Notes: generated by a model from the sequence alone, not told the origin. Shown: positions 30,001 to 40,916, numbered from the stretch's first letter. The stretch is DNA of 64,000 bases from Eledone cirrhosa (GCA_964016885.1 OZ024745.1:16244001-16308000); one strand, 5' to 3'. Translations and numbers: made by a program.

Positions 30001-32800
30001 TGGTTGTTTGATGACAGTGGTGGTTGTTTGATGACAGTGGTGGTTGTTTGATGACAGTGGTGGCTGTTGTTTGCTGACTGGGTGTTTGTTTGGTGAAAGT
30101 GGTTGTTGATTGATGACAGTGGTGGTTGTTTGATGACAGTGGTGGTTGTTTGATGACAGTGGTGGTTGTTGTTTGATGACAGTGGTTGTTGTTTGATGAC
30201 AGTGGTGGTTGTTTGATGACTGGGTGGTTGTTGTTTGATGACAGTGGTGGTTGTTTGATGACAGTGGTGGTTGTTTGATGTCAGTGGTGGTTGTTTGATG
30301 ACAGTGGTGGTTGTTTGATGACAGTGGTGGTTGTTTGATGACTGGCTGGTTGTTTGATGACAGTGGTGGTTGTTTGATGACAGTGGTGGTTGTTTGAAGA
30401 CAGTGGTTGTTGTTTGATGACTGGGTGGTTGTTTGATGACAGTGGTTGTTGTTTGATGACTGGGTGGTTGTTTGATGACAGTGGTTGCTGTTTGATGACA
30501 GTGGTGGTTGTTTGATGACTGGGTGGTTGTTTGATGACAGTGGTGGTTGTTTGATGACAGTGGTGGTTGTTTGATGACTGGGTGGTTGTTTGATGACAGT
30601 GTTGGTTGTTTGATGACTGGGTGGTTGTTTGATGACAGTGGTGGTTGTTTGATGACAGTGGTGGTTGTTTGATGACTGGGTGGTTGTTTGATGACAGTGG
30701 TGGTTGTTTCATGACAGTGGTGATTGTTTGATGACAGTTGTGGTTATTTGAAGACTGGGTGGTTGTTTGATGACAGTGGTTGTTGTTTGATGAGTGGGTG
30801 GTTGTTTGATGACAGTGGTGGTTGTTTGATGACTGGGTGGTTGTTTGATGACAGTGGTGGTTGTTTGATGACAGTGGTGGTTGTTTGATGACTGTGTGGT
30901 TGTTTGATGACAGTGGTGGTTGTTTGATGACTGGGTGGTTGTTTGATGACAGTGGTGGTTGTTTGATGACAGTGGTGGTTGTTTGATGACAGTGGTTGTT
31001 GTTTGATAACTGGGTGGTTGTTTGATGACAGTGGTGGCTGTTTGATGACTGGGTGGTTGTTTGATGACAGTGGTGGTTGTTTCATGACTGGGTGGTTGTT
31101 TGATGACAGTGGTGATTATTTGATGACTGGGTGGTTGTTGTTTGATGACAGTAGTGGTTGTTTGATGACAGTGGTGGTTGTTTGATGACAGTGGTTGTTG
31201 TTTGATGACTGGGTGGTTGTTTGATGACAGCGGTGGTTGTTTGATGACTGGGTGGTTGTTTGATGACAGTGGTGGTTATTTGATGACAGTGGTGGTTGTT
31301 TGATGACAGTGGTGGTTGTTTGATGACAGTGGTGGTTGTTTGATGACAGTGGTGGTTGTTTGATGACTGGGTGGTTGTTTGATGACAGTTGTGGTTGTTT
31401 GATGACAGTGGTGGTTGTTTGATGACAGTGGTTGTTGTTTGATGACTGGGTGGTTGTTTTATGACAGTGGTTGTTGTTTGATGACTGGGTGGTTGTTTGA
31501 TGACAGTGGTGGTTGTTTGACGACAGTGGTGGTTGTTTGATGACAGTGGTTGTTGTTTGATGACTGGGTGGTTGTTTGATGACAGTGGTGGTTATTTGAT
31601 GACAGTGGTTGTTGTTTGATGAATGGGTGGTTGTTTGATGACAGTGGTGGTTGTTTGATGACAGTGGTGGTTGTTTGATGACATTGGTTGTTGTTTGATG
31701 AATGGGTGGTTGTTTGATGACTGGGTGGTTATTTGATGACTGGGTGGTTGTTGTTTGATGAATGGGTGGTTGTTTGATGACAGGGTATTTGTTTGAAGAC
31801 AGTGGTGGTTGTTTGATGACTGGGTGGTTGTTTGATGACAGTGGTGGTTGTTTGATGACAGTGGTGGTTGTTTAATGACAGTGGTGGTTGTTTGATGACA
31901 GTGGTTGTTGTTTGATGACAGTGGTGGTTGTTTAATGACAGTGGTTGTTGTTTGATGACTGGGTGGTTGTTTGATGACAGTGGTGGTTGTTTGACGACAG
32001 TGTTTGTTGTTTGATGACAGTGGTGGTTGTTTGATGACAGTGGTAGTTATTTGATGACAGTGGATGTTGTTTGATGACTGGGTGGTTGTTTGATGACAGT
32101 GGTGGTTGTTTGATGACAGTGGTTGTTGTTTGATGACAGTGGTGGTTGTTTAATGACAGTGGTGGTTGTTTGATGACAGTGATGGTTGTTTGATGACAGT
32201 GTTTGTTATTTGATGACAGTGGTGGTTGTTGTTTGATGACAGTGGTGGTTGTTTGATGACAGTGGTGGTTGTTTGATGACAGTGGTGGTTGTTGTTTGAT
32301 GACAGTGGTTGTTGTTTGATGACAGTGGTTGTTGTTTGATGACTGGGTGGTTGTTTGATGACAGTGGTGGTTGTTTGATGACAGTGTTTGTTGTTTGATG
32401 ACAGTGGTGATTGTTGTTTGATGACAGTGGTGGTTGTTTGATGACAGTGGTGGTTGTCTGATGATAGTGTGGGTGTTGTTTAATGACTGGGTGGTTGATG
32501 TGTTATGACTGCGTGGTTTTTGCTTGATGACTAGGTGGTTGTTGTTTGATGACAATGATTGTTGTTTGATGATAATGGTGGTTGTTTGACGACAGTGGTT
32601 GTTGTTTGATGACTGGGTGGGTGTTGTTTGATGACTGGGTGGGTGTTGTTTGATGACTGGTTGGGTGTTGTTTGATGACAGTTGTTCTTGTTTTATGACT
32701 GGGTGGGTGTTGTTTGATGACTGTGTGGGTGTTGTTTGATGATTGAGTAGTTGTGGTTTGATGACAGTGGTGGTTGTTTGATGACTGGATGGTTGTTGTT
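1..32800. repeat. Large satellite array of 20/19-bp monomers with higher-order duplications
   Basis: Continuous tandem GATGACAGTGGTGGTTGTTT (20 bp) and GATGACTGGGTGGTTGTTT (19 bp), with 22/23-bp (+GTT) variants. Runs off the left edge of the window and degenerates at ~32460-32800. Confidence 0.99.
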
Positions 32801-33404
32801 ATTCAATAGTCGCTGATAGCTATTATTTTACTAAGCCAGAATGTTTGGCATTGTGAGGATGAAGCAGGGAACACAACAAGAATAGCGCGGCGTTTGAGGA
32901 ATAAGGCACAATTATTGTTGATGAGTGAAGTCGACGGTGGAGAAATCGCTGGACGTAGTCAGAGGCGAAACAGATCTTGCCAGTTGATACTAAGTAGGTA
33001 TTGCTAGTTGCTAGTTGTTAGTGAATAGTTGCTCTTAGCTAGTTGTTAGTTACTGGAGACTATCAGATGCTAGTTGCTAGGGACATTTCATTCCAATTTG
33101 CTAGTTTTTAGGACTAACGCAAGCTAGGGAAAAAGATGGAGAGAGAGAAAGAGAGCGAGAGTGTGTGAGAGAGTGAGTGAGGGAGAAATAAGATACAGCA
33201 TGTGTGTATTGGTTTTATCCTGTTGCTGAATGAGTGAGTGTTTGTAAAGCAGCTGGATATTTTCACAAGTAAATTTTCAAGAATTATTGATTGGAAAACA
33301 GAGACAGAAGTATGACTAACAAGAATATCTCTACACCAGAATTATACCAACTAATAATAATAGACAAAGGGAAATTAGTGATGCAATCATTATTATATAT
33401 GTGG

Positions 33405-33580
33405 ATAAAGGCGCTAGATTGACAGAATTGTTAGAGCATCAGAAAAAATGATTTAAGTTATTTGTTCCGTCTCTTAACGTTCTGAGTTCAAATTCTATCG
33501 AGATTAACTATATCTTTGATTCTTTCGCAGCCGATATAATAAATTTTACACTTTCCCCACTAGTCTTGTGCTAATGTTAG
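33405..33580 (+). mobile_element. Degenerate tRNA-derived SINE
   Basis: TTCTGAGTTCAAATTC B-box and downstream ...CGATATAATAAA resemble the better-preserved copies at 42334 and 61838. Boundaries approximate. Confidence 0.5.
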
Positions 33581-34019
33581 AAATAACTATTATATATGCA
33601 GATTAGGGTGGTAGATTGATAGAATCGGCAGAGTGTCGGGAAAAAGTGACTTGTAAGAAATGTTAGGAGAACAACTGATGTGAATGTGAGGTGGAATTGG
33701 CTGATAAAGAATGATTTGCAATAAGAAACTGAAACACTGATTGGTGTAGCATAGTAACAAACACACAGAACAAACTCTGTGAAGTGTAAAATAGATTAAA
33801 CGACTCATAGCGGTAAGTAGAAAATGTATGGTGCAAAAGTTCAACCACCGTAGCATATAGTTAGCGAGGGTACGAAGCCGGCACAGAGAGAATATAAAAG
33901 ATGACAACAATGTCGCAAAAAATGATACATTCGGAAGTATATAATAAGTAGTAATTGTAGAGAGCAGGGAGGTAGTATGGTAAATATGTGATTGAAGGTG
34001 ACGTGGGATGTCATGATTC

Positions 34020-34610
34020 AATGTGTAAGCATTTTGACCTGCCCCATCAAAAGAATTGGTGGGAGCATCAAACACCTCCTGTACTTGAAAAAGATCACAT
34101 CTCCATCTTGTGGAACTTTAGCATCCAAACAGACCGAGACATAGATGCAAATAGACCTGATATAATATTGAAGGACTTTAAAAAGAGGGTATGTCTGCTG
34201 ATTGATATGTCCGTTCCAATAGACAAGAATGTATCTATAAAAACATTTGAAAAATTGAGCAAGTATAAGGACCTGGAGATAGAAATCGGAAAAATGTGGA
34301 AGTTGAGAACTAAAACAATACCAGTGGTTGTAGGCGCTCTAGGAATGACACCTAAGGGGTCTAATGATTACTTATCCCAAATCCCAGGAAACCCGCGTTT
34401 AGAAGAAATACAAAAGATAGTACTAATGGGAACTGCCCATATACCAAAGAAGATTCTGTCAATATAAGTACATCACAAGTCTAAACACCTAAAGATGCAT
34501 GTGTGTGTATGAATGTTCTTTCTTGAACATGGCGGACCTTGTTGTCTCTTGAGGTCACTGGTTGTGACTTGGTGATAACTCGTATGAACATAAAGCAAGA
34601 TAAATGCAAC
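34020..34610 (+). mobile_element. 5'-truncated RLE-type non-LTR retrotransposon (R4/Dong-like): endonuclease C-terminus plus 3' UTR
   Basis: ORF 33988-34467 contains ILWNFSIQTDR..NRPDIIL..LLIDMSVP..K..KY.DL..W..IPVVVGALG, a PD-(D/E)xK restriction-like endonuclease. Followed by ~140 bp UTR and a (TAA)n tail. Confidence 0.88.
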
Positions 34611-34635
34611 TATAATAATAATAATAATAATGATA

Positions 34636-34667
<32 letters not shown>
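34611..34667 (+). repeat. (TAA)n grading into (GAT)n microsatellite, tail of the RLE LINE
   Basis: Directly visible. Confidence 0.9.
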
Positions 34668-34668
<1 letters not shown>

Positions 34669-34907
34669 TTTTTTTTCTTTCTATAAGCCTGTTAGCTATT
34701 CTTGTTACTTCAAAGGGGAGATTCGATGAACAAAAGTAGTCCATCTTGACAGAGACAATATAATTATGGAGAAGAAAGAAAATGAAAAGATGAAATATGA
34801 AATATATTTTTTTAACCTTTATTTTTTTTATTTTACATTGTTCATATTTTTTGCTTTCTTTCCTACTTCATATTGTATCTTCTACTTCTCTTTTTTAAAA
34901 CCTTTTT

Positions 34908-34910
<3 letters not shown>

Positions 34911-34954
<44 letters not shown>
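34911..34954. repeat. (TA)n microsatellite
   Basis: Directly visible. Confidence 0.95.
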
Positions 34955-34957
<3 letters not shown>

Positions 34958-35629
34958 CACATTTTCCATTTTCACGTTCGTTTTTTTAGTTATTTTTCTA
35001 CTTCATATTCTATATTTTCTACTTCCATTACTGCCTTCTCAATCCATTTTGCTTAGGATTTCTTTCCACATTGCAATGCTGTCAGGAAGCGTTATCATAG
35101 AACCATGATTGTTCTGACAGTTGGAAATACATTCTTGACCTAAGCTTATTGCTTAAACTTTGACACACTTTATGCGGTACTTTTATCTAAAAATCTGTCT
35201 ACACGTTTGCAACTATAATCTCAAATCTTGAATGGTCGCATCTATGCCGACATCAGCGGACTAAGTCGCAGCTTTTGTACACAATTTCTTTTCTTGTTTT
35301 CAGTACGAAAATAATTCTGGACGTTATGCTTAATATTTTATGTCAAAAGCAATACATTTGCAACAAGTTTGCTACAATAAACCGAATGGCGGCATCTGTG
35401 TCAACGTTAACTCATAATACCTATTTGCTTTTGCACAACTTTTCAGTTCTCATTGTCATTAAAAGAAATAATTCTACACTGTATGTTCTATGTTTTATCC
35501 CGAAAATAATATGTTTTTTAGACGTTATCAATAGGCTTGCAACAATCAACGGACGACTTGAATGACGACAGCTCCATCAAAATGAACGCAGTGAGTCTCT
35601 ACCTCTGTACAGATTTCAGAAGTGATTAC

Positions 35630-35980
35630 AACATGGACGAATGATTAAGAAGCTTTCTTCAGAGTCATAATGTCTCGCGTTCCATCTCACTGTTTGTCAT
35701 CTTGAGGAAATGTCTTTTACGATAGCATTGGGTTGACTTAAGGATTGTGAGAGAAATTGGATAGACGGAAAGTGTTTGGAAACCCGTCGGATGGGTTATA
35801 CCTGTAATTCAAAGGGCGAGACTTGCTACACGTTGTATCACGCTGAATCTTATAACAAAAACATGCGTTAGGGAATATATGTCTGTGGTATGCCAACCCA
35901 ATTACCTACATGTTAATTTCAATGTTCCACTGGTCGAACGCTAGAAATACTCACCGTTGAAACCGACGGAAGTTCATTCC
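35630..35980 (+). mobile_element. Degenerate SINE body and tail
   Basis: CTTGAGGAAATGTCTTTTACGATAGC...GATAGACGGAAA...CCCGTCG...TACCTGTAATTCAAAGGG. The tail motif recurs inverted at 48020-48056 and the body inverted at 36280-36380. Boundaries approximate. Confidence 0.55.
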
Positions 35981-36057
35981 TTTTTCACACATTTTACACC
36001 CCCCCATACACACACACCCACACACACACACGCCCCCCCCGCACCCCCAGACCCCCC

Positions 36058-36100
<43 letters not shown>

Positions 36101-36104
36101 CACA

Positions 36105-36665
36105 GGATGGATCCTCCATTGGTTTTCGACGATGAGTATTCAGTGGTTTGATCAACTAAACGTTAAACTGATGAATTAACGTCTAAGTAGTTTAGTATTC
36201 TACAGACACGTGTATACTAAATTGTAATACCGAAGTGGAAGAAAGGTGATAATGTGACAAAGTGGAATTATAGATATATTCCATTCGTCGGACTTCCACA
36301 TAGTTTCAGTCAACCCAGTTTTACTAAAATGGCTAAAATCGACTTGATGTTATTGTAAAAACATTTGCCCTAGATATTATATAAAGACATTTGCTCTAGA
36401 TGTTATTGTAAATATATTTGCCCTAGACGTCTTTGCAAAGACATTAACCCTAGAAGTTATAGTAAAAACTGTCCCCTAGATGTATTCGTAAAGACGTTTG
36501 CTCTAGATGTCATTGTAAAAATATTAACCGTAGATGTTTTTGTATAGACATTTGCCCTAGATGTTAATGTAAAGGTATGTGGCGTAGATACCTCAGATTG
36601 ACATCGAACACAGGATTTCATGACCATGAAGCGAACGTTTTAACCACTTAGCCATGCATCCCTCC
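36105..36665 (-). mobile_element. Degenerate SINE with an internally amplified 27-bp minisatellite
   Basis: Minus-strand tRNA-like head (TGGCTAAGTGGTTAAAA...GTTCGATGTC) at ~36600-36660; body is an inverted homologue of 35690-35790. Confidence 0.55.
36346..36587. repeat. ~27-bp minisatellite, about 9 diverged units (GATGTTATTGTAAAGACATTTGCCCTA)
   Basis: Unit starts at 36346, 36373, 36399, 36426, 36453 and onward. Confidence 0.85.
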
Positions 36666-37024
36666 GCCACACACAGTGGAGAAGAAACTGTAAACAAATC
36701 AAGGGAATTAGAAAGATTATGTTGGAAGACCGACAAAACTATGATATTTTGGCAGGAACCATGAATCTATAATTCAAGTTTCAGCATTAACCGACAAATT
36801 TAACACTGGAGAAAATTGTACACTTTCTCAATGGTTTGGTAATTCAGTAAACCAGTAAGTTGAATACATATCTCAGTTCTGTCGCTTAATTTATTCCATG
36901 TGTGTATTTAATTTTCCACAGAATTCACTTGTTGATTTTCACACCGATTTATTCTTCACACCCGACCTCAATGTGAAGAAATTTACATAAGCGTGACTCT
37001 TTGAATTACATTAGTTATACTCTC

Positions 37025-37170
37025 AAGGCAACGAATTAGCAGAGTCATTAAAGCATCGGATAGAATGCTTCACAGGATTGGTTTCAGCTCTCCGACTTCA
37101 AATCTTCTGTCTTTGTCTTTGTCCTTTCGAGGCCGATAAATAAAGTACCAGTCCAGTAATGGTGTCGATT
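37025..37170 (+). mobile_element. Degenerate SINE (same family as 42334 and 61838)
   Basis: ...TTCAAATC...CCTTTCGAGGCCGATAAATAAAGTACCAGT matches the tail of the other copies. Confidence 0.6.
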
Positions 37171-37521
37171 GTCTCTCCCCGGAAGAATTCGAGTTAGTTC
37201 AGACAAGGAGGGGGATGTTCAGGACCCATAAAATTACTTATACACAAGCAAGGTCTATATCATGTAGGCATGGCTCTCTTGGAAGAAATCGTATGAGTTA
37301 AAAAAGCAGGATTTTATACATCACGTAAGCATGTCTCGACTCCACTGAGAACTTCCGTGAAAGTTATATGGTTACACATAGCATAAAGTATATCCTTGAT
37401 CCAGTTTGGTACAAGAACCTCTTAGCTAATTAATTCAGCTTGACATTACAGTTGCTAAGATTATACTTGACATTACACTTGCTAAGATTATAGCTTCTAA
37501 TTTGAATGGAAGAAGACGGGT

Positions 37522-37592
37522 GATGTGTTGGTGTAATGGTAGCACAGTGGTCTGGATAACCAAAGATGTGGGTTCGACTCCCATGTACGTCA
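37522..37592 (+). tRNA. tRNA-like cloverleaf (GGA at the anticodon position, short variable arm); probable pseudogene or SINE head
   Basis: Acceptor GATGTGT/GTACGTC (3 GU pairs), D arm GTGT/GCAC with A box TGGTGTAATGG, anticodon arm (G)TGGT/ACCA(A) with loop CTGGATA, T arm GTGGG/CCCAT with TTCGACT; T5 run at 37602-37606. Confidence 0.5.
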
Positions 37593-37883
37593 ATACTCAT
37601 CTTTTTCCATTTCTCCGAGGGTTCTTAACTCCACTATCAGGCTAAATAATTTCTTTAATTTCTTTAGTCAAAATACGGCGATAGCTTATATTTATAATTT
37701 CAAACTCGCTCGCTGTTTCGAAAATATTCTTACATGATATATATATATATATATTCATATATATATATATATATATAAATATATATAAAATGATTAAGTC
37801 AAATATGTAAAATTTGGCTTCGTCTATTATAAATTATAGATATACTGCTATATATATTTCAGTGACAGCCATCATTTGCTAAC

Positions 37884-38001
37884 CTCTTCAGGCAGTCCGA
37901 ATTGGTGTGGGAAAGACAGGTACACATGTTGTTGAAGTGTTTTACTCCGTCAATACATTGATATGTCCAGCTCCTGGTTGTGTTGTTATTCTTCTGAGGA
38001 A
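37884..38001 (-). CDS. Candidate internal exon, Cys-containing peptide of unknown protein
   Basis: TTCCAG| acceptor and GAG|GTTAGC donor flank a 118-nt open frame PQKNNNTTRSWTYQCIDGVKHFNNMCTCLSHTNSDCLK. No family recognised. Confidence 0.3.
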
Positions 38002-38427
38002 CTGGAATCATATATATATATATGTGTACACATACATATATAGTCCAACGTTTTACTGATTTAGCAATCCACCTTCCTTGCTATCTGTTAAAATATTACT
38101 GCAACGTGTATAAGATAATAACGTGAGATTTGTGAAATTACTGTTGTTTCAAATAGTAAAATATCAGTGAATCTGATATTAGAATTGTTGAAAACAACTT
38201 TGTCTGTGTCTTGCTATAAATGTGTAGTGGACTGTATTGTTGATTGACATCTTCCACTTGAACAATAGACGTGAAAGATCACTTGTGAGGTCATTCTTGT
38301 TATAAAAACTTCATCGTTGTATATGATTTGAAATACAAAATTGCTTTCATTTTCTTTCTACACTGGACGTAAATAATATTATATTAATTTGCTTTTATTC
38401 CCATCTGAGGTAGGGCTGTGTGGTTAA

Positions 38428-38545
38428 GGGGTGTATGTTAGTGGTTAGAAAAGTGAATTCGCAATCGTGAGGTTGTAAGTTCGATTCCCAGACCAGGCGA
38501 TGCACTATGTCTTTGAGCAAGACACTTTATTTCACGTTGCTCTTT
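38428..38545 (+). mobile_element. tRNA-derived SINE 5' part with CORE/V-like domain
   Basis: A box (TAGTGGTTAG), B box (GTTCGATTCC), then TGTCTTTGAGCAAGACACTTTATTTCACGTTGCTC; the inverted copy at 60066-60190 is very similar. Confidence 0.75.
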
Positions 38546-38919
38546 CTGCCTGGAGTATCGAATAGTAGATAGTATCAGCAATGGGAAGACCAATGGAAAC
38601 ATTCTTTCCTTGGTATATATATATATGTACAGGGGCGGTGGAATTGGGGGGGGGGGTCCATGCCCCCGCCTATATTTATATATCAGAAGAATAAATTGGG
38701 TGTATCAGTTTCTTACCAAATGCGAAGAAGCTCAATATATTAACCCCTAGAGGAAAGAGCGAGGAGCATATTCTATTTTAAATTCTCTATAAGCAGTGAT
38801 GGGGTAACGGGGGGAATGGCATGTCCCCGCCAATAATTATATTTTCTCCCCAAACTACCAAAACACACATCTATTTGGATATGCGCTACAATTTATGTAC
38901 ATGTTATGTTTATCGCATA

Positions 38920-38961
<42 letters not shown>

Positions 38962-39119
38962 TGTGTATGTGTACACATGTGTGTTTATGTTCTGTTTAGC
39001 GAAGCAGTTACGCCGAGGAAAGATCAACGTGGGAATTTATAACGACTTTAAGACGGCTTAAAACTCAATCATTCGACTTTGGGTTTCGTTTTCAATTTTG
39101 ATCTTAACGTAGCATTATG

Positions 39120-39231
<112 letters not shown>

Positions 39232-39239
39232 AATGTATA

Positions 39240-39609
39240 TATAGTATGTTTGGCAATATACTGTATGTTTAATTAAAAACATTTAGAAGACCATTCGCTA
39301 TGAGTTTTAAAGTAATGACTATGTCACTTACTTAATCTCGGCAAATAACAACTGAGAGTGATCGCTTGTGAGCGTTTATCAAGACCACGCACTCAGTTGC
39401 CTTTGCCGAGAATTCTAGAAGCTGGATTCTTATAGAATTCCAGTAATAATCAGGGCTGATTATACAGAGCAATTGCCGGTCCAGCAAAAACTAGGTATTA
39501 GTATTGATGCTCTGAAATAGCGATGTATACGTGAATTTATGTATAGTATATTTGGCAATATACTGTATGTTTAATTAAAAACATTTAGAAGACCATTCGC
39601 TATGAGTTT
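39240..39609. repeat. Element bounded by 68-bp direct repeats (period 302 bp) with internal hairpins
   Basis: 39240-39307 is near-identical to 39542-39609; internal inverted repeat at 39336-39411. Confidence 0.75.
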
Positions 39610-40694
39610 GTAATAATAAAATATATTATCTTATATTTAACTAGATAATTACTCATCGTCAAAGTCTCACCACCACTTCTAACCTATTGAAAATGAGTCC
39701 TAACCTCGAAATATAATGAAATATAAGGTAAACTTTTATTTTGATTTTCTTACTATGCTCATTCTTTAACTCTTGTATTTCTAATTCCAATTGTGCTAGC
39801 TTTTCCAAAACAATCATATTATGTTTAGCTAACTTACTATGTTAAATCTTTTATAACGAAACGAGAAAAAGATGTATGAATCACAGGTAGTAATCATGGA
39901 AGCCAGCTATATAAAGGTTAGAATTTGAAAAAATATTTTAGTGCTAATTTTCTTTTGTTTACCTGATTTATAAAAAATTTGAGATCTCACACATGAACTA
40001 ATGATAGATTTGCTGTTCCATCGCCGCAGGAGGTTTGTCAAAATCAGAGAAACAATATTTTCTATGAGTTACACAAGGCATGCGACATTGAAATGAAAAT
40101 CTCGATAATAATTTCTTTTCATTTCAGCTCCAAGAAAAAATGTTTTAAAAGCCCCCAACTATAGCAAAATGATTAGATAGTTGTATTAACGACTCACTAA
40201 TTACAATTACTAATTACAAATTTGTAGCACCACTAATTAAGGCCAGATAAGATAGAATGATTTACAAGAGATTATGTTTGATTAGTTGTTGCTGTTTAGC
40301 TCTAGGTCAGACATGACTGAGATAAGCAGATGTTGATTAAAATAATTCTAGCAGTGATGATCACCACCTGAATTCCGAGTAGAGATAGAATGTCAGACAT
40401 TTTGAGCCACATTTTGTAGTGGAATTGTATCAGTAACTCGGTCAGAAAGGTTGCAACAGACTGGCATACCAACAGCTTAACGCCAATGAAACTAGCACCG
40501 ACGTGCTAAGCCTTTGGCTTTCATACATACCCTAATGTTTGCCTTTTAGATACGTCATCAAGTAGGGCTATATGATATTAAGCACAAAGGTTTTACTACA
40601 ATGTTAAATTTAGCACACGAACCTTAGGTAGCCTCAACGTAAGGCTACTCTTTAAAAATCCAAGGGTCCTTATATATATATATTGTTCACTTTC

Positions 40695-40799
<105 letters not shown>

Positions 40800-40830
40800 T
40801 ATTTAGATATTAGAAATTAAACAATACAAA

Positions 40831-40916
40831 ATATAACATCTCTGTCTGATGACCGATCCAGACGTATTTTAATATTGTCTGGGATCCAGAAACCTTTGGT
40901 AATGGAGTAGTTATAT
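40831..40916 (+). ncRNA. Type I hammerhead ribozyme motif (minimal stem III, Penelope/retrozyme-like), probably decayed
   Basis: Stem I CTCTGT/ATGGAG extended by ATATAAC/GTTATAT; core CTGATGA 40846-40852; stem II GATCCAGAC/GTCTG(G)GATC; GAAA 40889-40892; stem III CC-TTT-GG; GUA cleavage triplet 40899-40901. Confidence 0.7.

Noticed and set aside
1115-32555. Long minus-strand ORFs (up to 667 aa) as mucin-like or His-rich protein genes
   Set aside because: Monomer lengths of 19/20 bp are not multiples of 3, all frames give the same peptide cycle, and there is no unique N- or C-terminal sequence; satellite artefacts.
1-32800. CRISPR-like array (constant core plus variable segment)
   Set aside because: Variable segments are 7-11-bp variants of one motif, not unique spacers; eukaryotic context and no cas genes.
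1-32800. TGATGA as repeated snoRNA C boxes
   Set aside because: No regular D box (CTGA) partner or terminal stems.
35050-35140. Minus-strand peptide GQECISNCQNNHGSMITLPD as a possible exon
   Set aside because: Weak acceptor, short frame and no recognisable family.
38630-38860. G-rich CAGGGGCGG/CAGTGATGGGG segments as DNA-transposon termini
   Set aside because: No matching inverted terminus or TSD found.
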